Program-made: the position numbers and the translations under genes
Shown here: in pieces, positions 14,990 to 28,554 of the stretch
Layout of the letters: each line of letters starts with the position of its first letter
How positions within the stretch are numbered: position 1 is the stretch's first letter
Assembly (NCBI RefSeq): GCF_021028975.2
Contig: NC_059432.1
Location: 29,264,001 to 29,328,000 of the forward strand
Direction: 5' to 3'
DNA: 64,000 nt
Source of the DNA: Sphaerodactylus townsendi
Lineage: Eukaryota
The notes under the pieces: generated by a model
The model's database searches: none
The model's input: only the letters and a program-made list of their open reading frames with translations
Told to the model about the DNA's origin: nothing

Positions 14990-15335
14990 GCCACAAGACG
15001 CCCTTTAATGACGCTCTATTTCCTCAGTAGTTCCTCCAATGCTCGTGGCAGCTTGGCCCTCGCCGCCCTCGTGCCTACGTCATCTCCGCGCGCTGCCATT
15101 CGGGCCGCTTCCGCCATAGCCGCGAGCGCGAGGGCAAGGCTGAGGGGGGCGGGGCGTCGCCATGGCGGCCGGGGGCGGAGCCGGCCGGGCGGCCGCGCCG
15201 ACCAGGCCCGAGATGAAGCGGTGAGGCGGGAGGATGATCTCGCGATACACGCGGAAGCCGGTACCCCCACCCGACGCCGCCCTGGGGATGTGAGTGACCT
15301 TCCTTTCCACGCCGGGGTCATCACTTGGCCCGACT
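14990..15335. promoter_or_regulatory. CpG island, bidirectional ECD/FAM149B1 promoter
   Basis: CpG-dense, GC boxes (GGGGCGGGG ~15146, GGGGCGGAG ~15172), YY1-like CCATGGCGG; divergent genes on either side. Confidence 0.85.
15234..15289 (+). CDS. FAM149B1: FAM149B1 exon 1
   Basis: MISRYTRKPVPPPDAALG; donor AT|GTGAGT. Confidence 0.92.
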
Positions 15336-16058
15336 TAGGTTTGCCACCCCTTATTTTGCCAGACTTCCCCTTGCTGGCAAAGCTGTAAACAACCTTGGTG
15401 CCAAGAGGACAATCTGTACCGTTGCTATAATGAAGATTAACCCAAAAACAAAACAAAACGGTGCGAGCTTTTGAGTTATGCAGAACTCTTCGTCAAGCTG
15501 TATGTTTATATGCAATGAAACGGAAGCGAGATGTTTCAGGTCATGCTCCTGAGACCTCTGGTTTCTGTTTGGAAAGCCTTGGAACATTTTTGACCCCCCC
15601 CCCCCCCCCTTTACCGCCTTTTAACATCCAGCTTAATGAAGATGTCTGGGGAAAAATTGGTACAATGTTTTGTGACGTTTTGGTTGGCACTGAAAAGTAT
15701 TGCGTGGATTTTGTTTAGAACCAGTTCAGGTACTTGCAGCTTCAGTGTGGAGAAAGTGCGGGAATGCAGTTCCTCACTGGTGAAGGCTATGCTTGTATAC
15801 GGATGGGAAATTATCCTTTTGAACGGAGATGGCTCAATCTGTGTCTGAGTTGAGCACCTTCATGTTGCTGTTGGCTTGCGTGGTTGGTTTTTCCCTTCTA
15901 AGAAGCACACATACATCATTCCTAATTTTAGAGCATAGCTGTGTTAGTCTGCTGTAGAACTAGATTTATCTTGTAAAAATAATAAAAAATCAAAAACAAC
16001 AACTAGATTTACATTTAGCAGCACATTAGAATCCAACAATTTTGGAGGGATGTAAACT

Positions 16059-16915
16059 CCCCAGCATAGAGTTTGCCTTTTTCACAGCTGCCATGCATTG
16101 AGTTGACATTCCCATGGAACTATCAACTAAGACGCCCAAATCCCTTTCCTGGTCTGTGACTGATAGCACTGACCCCTGTAGCGTGTACGTGAAGTTTGGA
16201 TTTTTTGCCCCTGTGTGCATCACTTTACATTTTGCTACATTGAACTGCATTTGCCATTTCTTAGCCCACTCACCTAATTTATCAAGGTCCGCTTGTAGCT
16301 CTTCGCAATCCTTTGTGGTTCTCACCACCCTACATAATTTGGTATCATCTGCAAACTTGGCCACCACGCTACCCACCCCTACTTCCAGGTCATTTATGAA
16401 TACGGGTAGGTTAAAGTGCACCGGTCCCAAAATGGATCCTTGGGGGACACCACTCCCTACATATCTCCATTGTGAGAACTTCCCATTTACACCCACCCTT
16501 TGCTTACTGTTTCTCAACCAGTTTTGAATCCATAGGAGGACTTCCCCTCTTATTCCTTGATTGCTGAGTTTTTCCTCAATAGTCTCTGGTGAGGAACTTT
16601 GTCAAAAGCCTTTTGGAAATCCAAGTAGACAATGTCCACTGGTTCCCCCTTATCCACATGCCTGTTTACACTGGTTCCCCCTTATTCATATGCCTGTTTA
16701 CACCTGTTTGTAATGCAGGACTTGCCTCTGCAAAAGCCATACTGACTCTTCCTCAGCAGGTCTTGCTTTTCTACATGTTTTATAATTTTATCTTTAATGA
16801 TAGATTCTACTAATTTACCAGGAACAGATGTCAAACTGACTGGCCTGTAATTTCCTGGGTCCCCCCTAGATCCTTTCTTAAATATTGGTGTGACATTGGC
16901 CATCTTCCAGTCTTC
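16059..16915 (-). mobile_element. CR1 LINE ORF2 (RT) fragment
   Basis: ANVTPIFKKG..GNYRPVSLTSVPGK; SGVPQGSILGP; KFADDTKL; ERDLGVLVD; small internal tandem duplication 16638-16703. Confidence 0.93.
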
Positions 16916-18102
16916 CTGTAGTCCAACAGGAGTGAAAGTCCAGTCTTCCTGTAGTCCAAAGAGACATAATAGTTCTTTTAGACTTTTGTGTAGGGCACAA
17001 TGTTGCTTTGAATCCAGAAAAAAGTCAGCCTTCTCTTCATAGCAAGAGAGGTATGAACAGTGTCAGGGCGTGGGTGAAGGGCATTCCTGCAGGCATTCTG
17101 GAAAATATACTTAGTAAGCACTAGGAGGGGAGGGGAAAGGAATGGGCAACATCCTATACTTTCCATTACTTTCTATTTGTTAGGGAATTAAAAAAAACAT
17201 TACAGAACTCCATATATAATGTGATTAGAACAAAGTAAATGCTCAAAAGCAGTGCAACAAAAAAATGAATAGCAGCCAACTTGTTAGTTATATCCCTGTG
17301 TTACACATTAAAACAGTACCCTGATATACCAGGCCAGGTGCAGATGTAACATTCAGAACCACCTGAGCATAGTTTGTAAATCGAGCATGCTTCTTTCTGC
17401 TGCCCTGTTTCAGAGATAACCATGATGAAATGTCACATCTGCCCTAACAGACACTAACTGTTGTTAGCTCAAATCACACAGTAGATGTAGTAGTCTGCAG
17501 CTCAAAATGGATGGGGGAAAGGAGGAGAAAAGAGCACACAAACCTAGTTTTCCTATGGTTTTCAGCTTGCCATCATCTGAGTTCACTCTCACAAAAGGGG
17601 GCCCACCTGGCATTGTGAGCATCCTTGTATACTTGGTGATTGCTCCCAGTTTTTGGAATTGACTCCTCAAAGAGGTGAGGGAGCACCGGCCATGGAAACT
17701 TTTATGAGACACTGAAAGACTATTTTATTCACCAGAGCTTTTAGTGGAATGTGAGTTGCAGGCATTTTATTAGATTGGAACAGGACTTCTGTTTTGTTGT
17801 TATTCAGTGCTTTTAATTCTGGATTGTAGGATTCCTTGATTCCTCGGGAAAGGTAGATGTAAACATTTTCATAAATAAATAGCCTTGTAACTGCCTCCTT
17901 ATAACTGCAAATTATCCTATCTTTGTAGAAATTGCTATGCTGAAATTCTGTTTCTACTACTGTTTAAATCCCTGATCTTTGAAGACAAATTTCTATTTAT
18001 AGGCATCATAATGTAAAACAGCAACAAAAACAACTTTAGGAACACCAGTGACAGATAAACTTTTATGTTTCGATAAACCTAATGTTCTGGTTTTCCTACT
18101 AG

Positions 18103-18198
18103 CCAAGGACTTACAAAGAATACTTTAGAACATCATCCCCTGCCAGATTCACTAGAAGACAGTAATCCATCCACTGGAAGCCAAGAAGATGTCTTAAG
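18103..18198 (+). CDS. FAM149B1: FAM149B1 exon 2
   Basis: QGLTKNTLEHHPLPDSLED...; AG/GT flanks, phase 2-2. Confidence 0.88.
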
Positions 18199-19338
18199 GT
18201 ATTGGGGTAGTACCTTTATTATTATGCTTTGTGGGAAGAAAGCAGGACTTTTTTTACTATCCACTTTCATAGTGTACTTTGGTAACAGGTGTGGTTCTCT
18301 ATGTTTCCATTAGGATTGAGGTACCTGTTAAAGACCAGTCAGTTACTGCCAGTTAGCTGCCGATGGTCAAATGTCAATTCTGCCACAAAACTAAGAATAT
18401 CCTTAGCTGGTATTATAGTAAAGACAAAAGAGAGGCTGTTTGTTCCTTCATGCTGCTGAGTCAGGTCATACACACATACTTCATTTAGGATAAGCCAGGT
18501 ATTCATTGCTTCCCTTTAATCCTGTGATGGAAAATAATGTATTATTTTTTAAATTATGTCCTCGGGGCTCCAGGACAAAAAATGAGAATTATTCATTATT
18601 CATTCATCTGCATAATATTGTTAGTTGTAAATAATTGATTGCAGTGACATAGAATGTCATGTAATACTTTCAAAGCAATTACATTTTATTTCATTAGAAC
18701 CATATATTTTATTCAGATATTTTGCTGTTACAGGAATGAGCTTTTGAAGTCTTTGGGCTTGCATGGTCCTGTTCCCTCTCTCCTTTCCTGGCTTGCAATT
18801 CAAAGATGGAAAACCTCCTGGTGAAACAACAAACCGTGGTTTGTTGCCCACGAAATAAGATTTCAAATCATGGTTTAACGCTGGTTTGTAAGTGAGGAAA
18901 CAAATCACAGTTTGTCCTTTCATCCATTTCATATACTACAACAAAATATGGCATGTTGGTTATTTGAAAGTCATCGGTCTCTGAGTTCATGCATTAGAGG
19001 GTGAGGAGCCCATGACAAACCAGGGTTCATCATTACATCTAAGTGCAGCTCTCAATTTCTTTCCTCGCTCTAATAAATTAATGCTTTAAATGTTTGATCA
19101 GTATTAGACATCCTTTGTGTGCATTTCCCATCTGAGCATTGAAGAGTCAGGCATGGATAAAAACATTAGTAGGACTTTGTGTCCTTTATCATACTTTTAC
19201 TTGAATCTTTAAGAGGTTCATTTTCTTTGGTTCTCCTTGTCTTCTAATTCACAGAAAAAGTTTCGCTCACCATCATTCATGTGACTCAATCCTGTTCTGA
19301 TGTGTCATTATTTCTGTTTCCCCAAATGTGAATTTTAG

Positions 19339-19471
19339 TGGTTCCGAAAGCACAAAAGAATTAAATTACCAGCCGATCGCTTCTGTGGGCAATGGAAACT
19401 CGTGGTCACCCAGTCAGAGCTTCACAGGAAACTCCACAGAAGATAGCTCAGTCTTCTCTTGGGGCTATGAT
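19339..19471 (+). CDS. FAM149B1: FAM149B1 exon 3
   Basis: ...[15 protein letters not shown]; AG/GT flanks. Confidence 0.9.
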
Positions 19472-19558
19472 GTAAGTAGACTCAATATCTTGTAGTTTCA
19501 GCTGAGCTGTGGTCGTGCTTCAGAACACACTTTTCTCATTGATTCAGTTTTGGATTTT

Positions 19559-20090
19559 TAAAAAAATATTTTTTATTGTATAGTTTGAAATAATCGTTCT
19601 ATTTACATCTTTCTGATATAATTTCCAAACAGTACATTTTCCCTTTTTTCCTCCCACCCTCCCCTAATATTATGTTTTACTTTTCTTTAACCAAACAGCA
19701 GTAAGTTCATTCGTTGTTGTCTTCTTATCCATATGTCTTCTTTGACTCCCGTCTCCTTCATCCAATTCTCATAACTTGTCCATATCTTCATTATTTCATT
19801 CTGTTTTTCTTGTCATGTTTTATTCTTTGATAATATTTCAAAAATGTCTAATGTCACTTGTTCCCATATATATTCCAACCAATTCTGAATCGTCCATTTT
19901 TTCTTATCTTTCCATCCAAACGCTATCACTGCATGTATTGCTCTAATCAACGTTTTATACCTATTTCTATATTGTATATCTATTTTTTCATCATCAATTA
20001 TTCCCATAAATAATAGATCATTTCTTAATTCCACTTTATTTTTCACCAGTTTCTCTATCCATAGCAATGCCTTTTCCCAGAATCTTTTTA
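19559..20090 (-). mobile_element. 5'-truncated L1/Tx1-type LINE
   Basis: ORF2 C-terminal-like peptide (FWEKALLWIEKL..FMGI..GWKD..W..YI), AATAAA/A-rich tail, 14-bp TSD CAGTTTTGGATTTT at 19545 and 20091. Confidence 0.75.
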
Positions 20091-20279
20091 CAGTTTTGGA
20101 TTTTGATTAGTGCTTTTTAAAAAAAATGTTCTCTGCAAAGGACCTTAGCAAGGAAGATATTGGCCAAATATCTCCTTTAAGCCATCCACTGGCTTAAGTA
20201 TATTGGAAGTTTAATTTTTCTTTTACTTCATAAGAGAAAAGTCTTCTGCATACCCTGCAAAATGCTAGAACAGTCCTGC

Positions 20280-20484
20280 GTCTTCTTCTCTTCTTGTTCT
20301 TGGGCTGTATTCCCCTTGAGGGGGCTAGCAATGACATTTTCTACGCCAAATAGCTCGATTTGGGGCATTTTCAGGGGTAAGGTTGACAGCACGCATGTCT
20401 TCAGCAATGCTGTCCATCCACTGTTTCTTTGGTCTTCCACTTGGGTGGTGGCCACCAGGGTCAAATTTTAGGGCCATTTTTGCA
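20280..20484 (-). mobile_element. Second, shorter 3' fragment of the same RTE family
   Basis: Aligns by eye to 22195-22387 (GTATTCCCCTTGAGGGG..CAAATAGCTCGATTTGGG). Confidence 0.85.
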
Positions 20485-20569
20485 TATCTTGCGTATCCTT
20501 CTTTATTTAAGTAGTCAATCTATTTCCCTTTTTATTCTATTTTTTCCCCAATGTCTCCCCATCCCACAG

Positions 20570-20712
20570 GAATTTGATAAAGCTGCTACACGGCAAGTTC
20601 AACAGATATTCAGACACATCGACGAGCTTTTGTATGAACAGAAACTGAGTGTCTATGTTGAAGGCATAGAGGAAGAGTGCCAACAATGGTCATCAAGCTT
20701 CCCCCATCTCAG
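20570..20712 (+). CDS. FAM149B1: FAM149B1 exon 4
   Basis: [28 protein letters not shown]...FPHLR. Confidence 0.95.
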
Positions 20713-22010
20713 GTGTCGTAATAATATATTCATTCTGGATTTTTCATAGAGGATATTGGATTTCTAAATATGACTAAGGTGGTAGTTTTAAACTGGTGTC
20801 TGACATTCAGGCGTAGCATCAGTAGTGCACAGCTGTGCTCTTGGTGCTGTCAAGGTTACAGCATGCACTACCAATCATGGCTGGCCCCAATCTCCAGGTT
20901 GTTCTATACCCTATTTTAACAGCAGGTTTTTCCCAAGTTGAACTGGAAAGCAAAGGGCATGTGTTACTCTATGCTTCTTCTTATACTGCATCCAACTCCT
21001 GTTCCATATGTCAAAGTCAATACTGATCCATAGTAGCCAAGTTAGTAGCCGTGCACATCAGCACCTCCTTCTGAAGAACTGCATTCCTCCTTTCTCGAGC
21101 TGACAATGGAATGGAAAGTTTTATGGTGCAACACCAACTTGTGCAGTCATCTGCTGCCAATGGTTAACTGTGCTTCTCCCATCTCTCCTGAGTCATGGCA
21201 CCCCATTATGACAGCTATTTCTTTCTGATTCTCTGCACTGATACTGAGCAGCACAGAACTAAGAAATGCCTCCTTTGGAACATACTAAGTGCCTTATCAG
21301 TACAGTGTTGCACATTATCGTTTTTTATTGATGTTTTAAGATAGAGATCCCAAGCCTTTTTGAGATTCCAATGCAGGATGGTGAGCTCAGCCACAAAATG
21401 ATTGCTGCAGGATGCAAATGTCGGGGAATGAGGTTAAGCATAACTGCAGTAGTAATTCTTCAACATATGAGATAAAGGCTGTTTAGCAGGATGTCTTTTT
21501 AAAGGAGCATATTGTTTAAAAATACTTTCTTGCATACATCGAGCTCTCAGTCATGCAGCAAAGATCCTCGTGCTAGGGCGGCAGCAACTGCCAAATCAAG
21601 GTTTTTAAAAAATCTGCACAGCCAATCAGATGTCCTGCTGGGCAAAAGTTTCAACATGCCCTCCTCCTTAAAAACACTGGTGGGCACCAGGAAAGGTACT
21701 AGTGGGTGCCATGGTGCCCCTGGCCCCATGTTGGGAAGCTCTGATTTAAGCAGATGTGCAACCAGAATGTTTAGATTTCAGACCCTATAATCATGTAAAG
21801 AGTTACTCCAATCTAAGCCTGTTGGTTTCATTCTATTTAAGAATAGGGGAGTACTTTATTCTCCAGAATAAAGTGCTCTCACATGTCAAAGATTTTGTTT
21901 GAACTCTATCCTAAGTATGTCTGCTGGGTGCCTTGAACCTGTTACCTTATTTTGTTAAGGATACTTTGGTTTGTTTAATTTTTCTTTTGTAATGTTTTCT
22001 TTTATTATAG

Positions 22011-22130
22011 GATTGTGGGGAAACAAGTGGTAAGCCCCACGGATGAAGGTTATGGCTGGTATTCTAGTTCTACTTGCAGCACCTCAAGTTTGTCAGACAC
22101 AAGCCCAATGCAAGAGAAAGATCCTAGTGA
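22011..22130 (+). CDS. FAM149B1: FAM149B1 exon 5
   Basis: [18 protein letters not shown]...QEKDPSE. Confidence 0.92.
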
Positions 22131-22194
22131 GTAAGTGTCAGTGTTAGAATAAGTCACCTATAAGTCATGTAAAATTTTTCCTATTGTTTTCTGC

Positions 22195-22815
22195 ATCTTC
22201 TTCTTCTTGTATTCCCCTTGAGGGGGTTAGTGCTGACATTTTATTGGCCAAATAGCTCGATTTGGGACATTTTCAGGGGTAAGGTTGACAGCACGTATAC
22301 CTTCAGCAATCCAGTCCATCAACCGTTTCTTTGGTCTTCCAAGTGGACGGTGGCCTCCAGGGTCAAAGTTTAGGGCCGCTTTTGCAACAGAAGTCTCCTC
22401 CAGCCGCATAATGTGCCCATACCACCAGGGCCGTGTTTCCCTCATTTTCTTTGTAATTGGTATAATTCCGAGTCTTTGCCATATGACTTCGTTTGTAACA
22501 CAATCGGAAAGAGTCAGGCCAAGCATCCACCGAGCATCTTCATTTCCATCATGTTTCCGAGTTGTTGGCCAACATTCTGTTCTATATAGGGCCACAGGGT
22601 GTATGACTGTGGTGTACACTTTTGCCTTCAGATGTTCAGGTATTCTTTTGTCACACAGGACTCCTGTGGTTTCCCGCCACTTCATCCATTCTGCATTAAC
22701 TGTAGATTGAGCATCTGGTAGGGTATCCCCATCTGTTGAGGCCAGTGATCTGAGATATTTAAATTGAGTGGTCTTCTTCAAGTCCTGGCCATTAATTTGG
22801 ATTGTTCCATCTGTA
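22195..22815 (-). mobile_element. RTE-clade LINE 3' fragment
   Basis: FKYL.S..WMKWRE.TGVLCDKRIP..LKAKVY...WYGHIMR..RPLGRPKKR; (GAA)n tail. Confidence 0.88.
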
Positions 22816-23010
22816 TGTGGCAGGAAATCTATAAGTCAGTGTATGCAATGTATTAGACTTCATATATAAACCATAATTTTGAAAGTAACTACAGCATGAT
22901 TGATGTATAACTACCAGTATTAATTCATTTCAGATAACTTGCTTGGCTCCAGTGGAACATGTTTGCTAACAGAAGGGGGGGCGATTTTTGCCAGTTGCAC
23001 CTGAAACTTC

Positions 23011-23290
23011 AGCCAGTATAGTGTAGTGGTTAAGAGCGAAGGATTCTGAACTGGAGAACTGGGTTTGTTTCTCTGCTTCTCCACATGAGTGACAGATTAA
23101 TCTGGAGAACCCGCTTAGATTCCCCACTCCTCAACAGCAGCCTCCTGGCTGATCTTGGGCTAATCCCAGTTCACTCAAAACTCTCTCAGCCTCACCTACC
23201 TCACAAAGTGCCTATGGGGGAAGGAGGTGGGAGGTGATTTGTAAGCCACTTTGAGACTTCTTTTGGTAGAGAACAGCAGGATATAAGCAT
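23011..23290 (+). mobile_element. tRNA-derived SINE (other copies ~200, 2700, 6460, 9060, 27630, 53650, 55430)
   Basis: GTGTAGTGGTTAAGAGC head; CTCAGCCTCACCTACCTCACA body. Confidence 0.75.
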
Positions 23291-23699
23291 CTTCTTTGGG
23301 TATCACTTTGGCAGAAGGAGCAATATTAACTTCTAACTAGAGGTTCTGCACAAGCTTCCAGAGGACAGCTTGAGGGAAGGGGGTTGGATGCAGACTTATG
23401 TGAGAAGTAGCATCTCACACACAGAGATGTCACCTATATTCCCATAGCAGCCCTCATCTGTTCATCAAGATAACCCTGTGCTAAGGGACAGTAACCTTCC
23501 AGGACCTTCTGTACAAAACTTACTGTGGGGTGGGCAGCAATGAAGATGGAGACTCATAAGAAATCTTCTCTCTTAGGTCTTATGTGCATTAGTATGTATA
23601 GGCTAATTAGTCATCCTTCAAAAGTCACCCCTTGTTTTCAGATGGAAGTTTTGATGTCACTGATATCAAAACCATACAGTTGTATATACAAATGAAATG

Positions 23700-24155
23700 T
23701 CTGAACCCCAACAGAGATGGATTATCACAAGGGCCAGATCCAATACCTTCCCATCGGCCATTACAAAGGGTCGCTACTTATCCATACCTCTCCAGGATCG
23801 GGTTTGTCCACACTGTAAAAATCAAGTGGAGACTCTTGCTCACATTATTCTTGACTGTCCGAGATATATGGGCATTAGGAATTTCTCTCCCAGGCTGGCC
23901 CTAGACAAATCTGAAAGTGACTCTGACTGTTTTGTTGTGGAGCTTCTGTTAAACAACACAGATGTCATGCTCTTGGAAAAAGTAGCAAAATTTCTTTTAC
24001 AAGTGACAGAACTTTCTAAGTAATGTATACTGCTATAGTTTTCCTGTCTGCGCTTTGAATGTACTCTTGATTTGTATTTCAAAAATGTCTGGTAATGCTC
24101 TAGAACCTATTTTTAAATGCCAAATAAAGGTTGTTGTTGTTGTTGTTGTTGTTGT
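23700..24155 (+). mobile_element. 5'-truncated LINE (RTE-X-like) with (GTT)n tail
   Basis: GRYLSIPLQDRVCPHC..VETLAHIILDCPRY CCHC motif, AATAAA then (GTT)9, 13-bp TSD TACAAATGAAATG at 23687 and 24156. Confidence 0.75.
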
Positions 24156-24228
24156 TACAAATGAAATGAATTCCTCCTTGCTTGTACCCACCTAAAATCA
24201 ATTTGACCTCTTTTATTTTTTTGTTCAG

Positions 24229-24399
24229 GTTTAGTATTCTGGGCAAAAAAGTTTCCCTTTCTGAAATTCCTGTTTCTAAAGAAGTTCACTTTTCAAAACC
24301 TCCCGAATTATGTATGTTGGAAAGTGAAGAAAGAGAAGATGGGGTGATTGTCTCAGAAGGCATAATGGAGGAATACTTAGCGTTTGACTGCAGAGATGT
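24229..24399 (+). CDS. FAM149B1: FAM149B1 exon 6
   Basis: FSILGKK...[19 protein letters not shown]. Confidence 0.93.
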
Positions 24400-24775
24400 G
24401 TAGGTATTCAGTTAGTCTTATATTGATGTGTAATGTAGGTGGCTGAGGATGTTTATTTCTAAATTGGTATCAGTTTGCTCCTAACATTTTAACTCAGTAC
24501 ATCGCATAATGAATTGCTTCATTTATGAACAAAATAAATGTATATGTTTTAATGAGAGTTGCAGTCTTTAACGTATATGTTTTAATGAGGGTTGCAATCT
24601 TTTATCAATACATCTGTTAGATACATTCAATTAGAATCCTTTAAATAGACTAAAAGGTCTATTGGACGTCTATTGGACGACTCTTTTTCAAAAACGTTGA
24701 AATGATTTTTGATGGAGGTACTTATGAAAACTGCACATTCTTGGTTCCTGTGACTTTGACAATTATCCTCTAAAA

Positions 24776-24908
24776 CAGCGGTTCCCAGCCTGGGTAGGCA
24801 TCAGAGCATTGGGTGTGTGTGAAAAAAATTACGTATTGGGTTCGCTACTATGGGGGTATGGTTTTAGAAAATGGGGTGCCAAGGGGTATGTGGGGAAACA
24901 AACCACTG
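24776..24908. mobile_element. Degenerate hAT MITE
   Basis: CAGCGGTT...AACCACTG ends; 8-bp TSD CTCTAAAA. Confidence 0.7.
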
Positions 24909-25291
24909 CTCTAAAACAAGTGGAAGTGTGCTTTTATTTTATTTTTTGTTTGTGTTCACATTTATATAGTTTTCACTGAGCAACAATGCAGTCCTATGCA
25001 GAGTTAGTCCAGACTGCAGTAACTCTGTATAGTGTGGTGCTGTAAAATTCATAAGAAGGATTGGCTAAGATTTCTGGAATTGATTGGATGTTGTATTTTT
25101 CGTACGAAACCGGTTCGTTTCAAATATAACCCACTTCTGCTTCAGATCTTTGAGCACTGAACTACTTCAGTTCTATTGCTAGACTTTTGATAACATTATC
25201 AGGATTTCCAGAGTGCTAATTTGTGGAAAATAATTCTGCAAAATTGCTTCAGTATATTCTGACTTCTGCTGGCTGCCTGTCTTCTTCTCAG

Positions 25292-25479
25292 GGAGGAAGA
25301 GCTGCATGAAAGGAAAATGGGGATTTCACCCGGCAGACGGAAGTTAGGTTTCCCTCCAATCTCACCGTCATACTGCATGAGAGATGCTGTTCTTTCCTAT
25401 GTCTTTGATGATGTGTGGAGCGAAGTTTTGGGTTGTATGGAACAGTTAATCTGCCGACATTGGGAAGGGTCAGTCTCAG
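25292..25479 (+). CDS. FAM149B1: FAM149B1 exon 7
   Basis: [39 protein letters not shown]. Confidence 0.94.
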
Positions 25480-26567
25480 GTGAGTGTCACAGCTGAAATG
25501 TCATCTAAACAACACATCCCCTCCCCCTAAGGTATTTTTTCGAATATATGTTTCACACTTAACTTTGGTAAACTCCCGTTCTGCAAAAGAGAGTTGGGAC
25601 CTCACATTGGGCTCTTCTGGTCCAACCCAGAAGCTGCGGTGGCTGGGGACAGTGTCACTCCCGCTGTGGCTCCGGAGGACTTTCCAGGGGATATGGGGAG
25701 GCTACAAAAATGGGAAAAAAACATGGCCACCTGGAGAGCCTTTCATAGGGCAAAACGGAGGGTGGCATAAGTTCAGGTTCTACACCAAGGGCGTTCCCAG
25801 CCTGAAAGGATAGCAAAAGCTGACTAAAGTCAGCTCCACCCCGGGAATGCCCCTACCCTGCCCCCAGCTGTCCCAGCAGCCAGGTTTAGGCTAGCACAGC
25901 TCTTTAGGGGGCAGGCATTTCTAGGTTGGGCACCATTGAGCTTTGTGGTGCCTACCTGCCTCCCAGTAAATGGCACTTACGCTAGCAGGCAAATATACTA
26001 GCATAGCCCAGCTCCATAGACCGATTCTGCCCCCTCCCCCACCCAGGATTGGCCTTTTGGTACCCATTTTTTTTAAGCAGCAGCTCCTCATGGAATTGGG
26101 TAATTAAATAGTTATGGTCAATAGTTGCCATTGAGAAAATCATTCTCTGCCATGTTTCTTTCTCCCATAGTGTTGGATCCTGTAGGAAAGAACTGCATGT
26201 ACAAGAAAAGAGTATAATTTCCCTCTAATGCAGTAGCCTTCAAGTGCCCATTCGCCAAGGGTTCCCCTGTCCCCCCAAGTATAACAATTGGGGGGCATTT
26301 GGGCTGCTTTGGAATGGTGAAGGTGGGGAAGATTTATGCAGGATCCGACCCACTATGTCTTTAATCTTTCCTGTGTTTCAGCAAACCGAGCTATGATCTG
26401 TAGTCCAGTGTGCTCAGCAGAATCTCCTGTTGGGTCTGCTTTTATTTTTAGAAGTTGTTAAATCCATTTTTGATACCATTCTTACAGGACATTAAAAATT
26501 ACTTTCCTTAAAATGTTGCTTTTAAGAATTGCTAGCATGGTGAAGTTAATTGTTCTGGTCTTGGTAG

Positions 26568-26701
26568 ATGATGAGAAGAATATAATAACCGTAGAAGCCA
26601 GCAGAACTGATGCAGGAAGCCCTTTTATGCAGTTTGAACCATTGCCGTTGTTGTTACCTCGAATGCCACAAACCAAAATGCCCTCCATCACCCCCAACCT
26701 G
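26568..26701 (+). CDS. FAM149B1: FAM149B1 exon 8
   Basis: DDEKNII...[19 protein letters not shown]. Confidence 0.9.
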
Positions 26702-27854
26702 GTAAGTTTACGATGCAAAGCGATCTGTGTCAGGTTGCGTTGATATCCAGGCATGGACATCCTTGATGTCTCCTAGTCTGAACATTAAAAGTTGCTGCAG
26801 TTTGACTGTAACTGTCATTTCTAAACTTTAATTTCTGTCATAGTCTTGTCCCAACTTTTAAAAATTCTGTCTCTTCTCGGTTTGCAAACATTCTCCTTCA
26901 TTCAGCCTTGAGGTGATCACATTCTAAAGGGTTGGAACACAGGTGTGTGATTTTCATAATAAGTACACTGTGAGGCTCTCAGTGATTTTTGCAGAAAATA
27001 TTAGATCACCCAGCTGAATAGACAACAGCTGGAAACGTGGCTTCGGTGATTGGAAGTAAAAAGTAACTTTTTTTTCCTTGTGCAACAATTTCTTGGTGTA
27101 TGTAGGGGCCCTTGACTGATAAATATTTAAGGTTTAATCAGTTTTTGATCTTTCTAACTCAAACGCTTTCCTTTTATTTCTTTCCCCTTCGCTTTCCTAT
27201 CCAATCCTCTGTCCCCACCTTGCACACCTTATTATGTGTATAGTACTCAAAGCACAGACGCGGATGCAAAACCAAAAAGAAGAGAAAATCACTAGAAGTA
27301 TGTATGCGGGGGTGGGGGGGGAGCATTTTTTTTGTCAGTGTCGTTGCAATGGGTGGATTTGCTGCAATTTTAGCAAATTAGCAGAACTACAGGAGAATGT
27401 GACAACCCTCAAGTTGCTTGCACTGAAGTGAGGCACATTTGCTGCTGCAGAACTAGCTTCCAAATAAGTCACACTCTTACTAAGATTCTTCTTGCACTGA
27501 AAAGGCAATTAGGAGCCTTAGGATGTGGCATTAAAATTCTTCTTACCAATATTTGTAATAGTCATACGATTATAACATTCCAGATTGTAACATTCCAGAT
27601 TCCTGAACATTCAGTAAACAATCTAAAAAGTCCAGCATGGTGTAATAGCTAGAGTGTCAGAGCAGGATCTGGGAGACTCAGGTTTGAATCCCCACTGTGC
27701 TGGGTGACTGTTGACCTGCTGCACACTCTTGATCTAACCTACTTGGCAGAATTGTTGTGAAGGTAAAATGAAGGAGAGGATGTCGTAAGCTACTTTTAAA
27801 GCTTTTTAGAAAAACTTTTCAAAATGTCACAGGAGACTAATTCTGCCAGAGATT

Positions 27855-28004
27855 GGCCCCTTCCACACATGCAGAATAATTCACTTTCAATCCACTTTCA
27901 CAACTGTTTTCAAGTGGATTTTGCTATTCCACACAGTAAAATTCAGCTGCAAAATGGGTTGAAAGGGGATTGAAAGTGCATTATTCTGCATGTGCGGTAG
28001 GGGC
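27855..28004. mobile_element. MITE with long TIRs (superfamily uncertain)
   Basis: GGCCCCTTCCACACATGCAGAATAAT / ATTATTCTGCATGTGCGGTAGGGGCC. Confidence 0.75.
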
Positions 28005-28554
28005 CACTGTTCTGGGGGTGGAGAGTCCTCTCTCCCTCTGCTGTTTTCAAGAGCCAAAATGGCTGTGATATTATCTAGTTTGGCCGTAAGGGTGGGTTCC
28101 CTGATTCCTGATATTTGCTTAAAAAGTGGTGTGTGTTTTGTGAAGCAATTCTATGCAAGCCTAGGTTGTGCAGCAATTCTAAGCAAGCCTAGGTTGAAGG
28201 AAGTTCCACTGAAAATCTTTTACACAAGAGAACCATACTTTGCCCTACTCCAAATCCATTTATGTAATCTTTAGTTAATGTAACTGCCTCACGTGAACGA
28301 GAGCCTTGTGAAATAGTATCACGTAGCAAACAATATACATAGAAAAATAAAAAACACACAGAAAATATTCTGTGTATAATTGTTCATGGCCTGATGATAT
28401 GAACCTGGGCTATGAAGCTGGCACCCAGCTTTTCTTTAAAATCTCGATATTCTTTTCTCTTTAATATGTAGTAGGCATAAATATAAAAATAAGCACATCC
28501 TCGCCATCACATTTCAGTTAATTCTGGGGAAATTTACTGTCTTGTAATGTGCAG

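Noticed and set aside
15008-15456. Ala/Arg-rich ORFs on both strands
   Set aside because: Stop-poor CpG island artefacts; the real FAM149B1 frame starts at 15234
23011-23080. tRNA gene
   Set aside because: A/B-box-like only, no cloverleaf, continues into a SINE body
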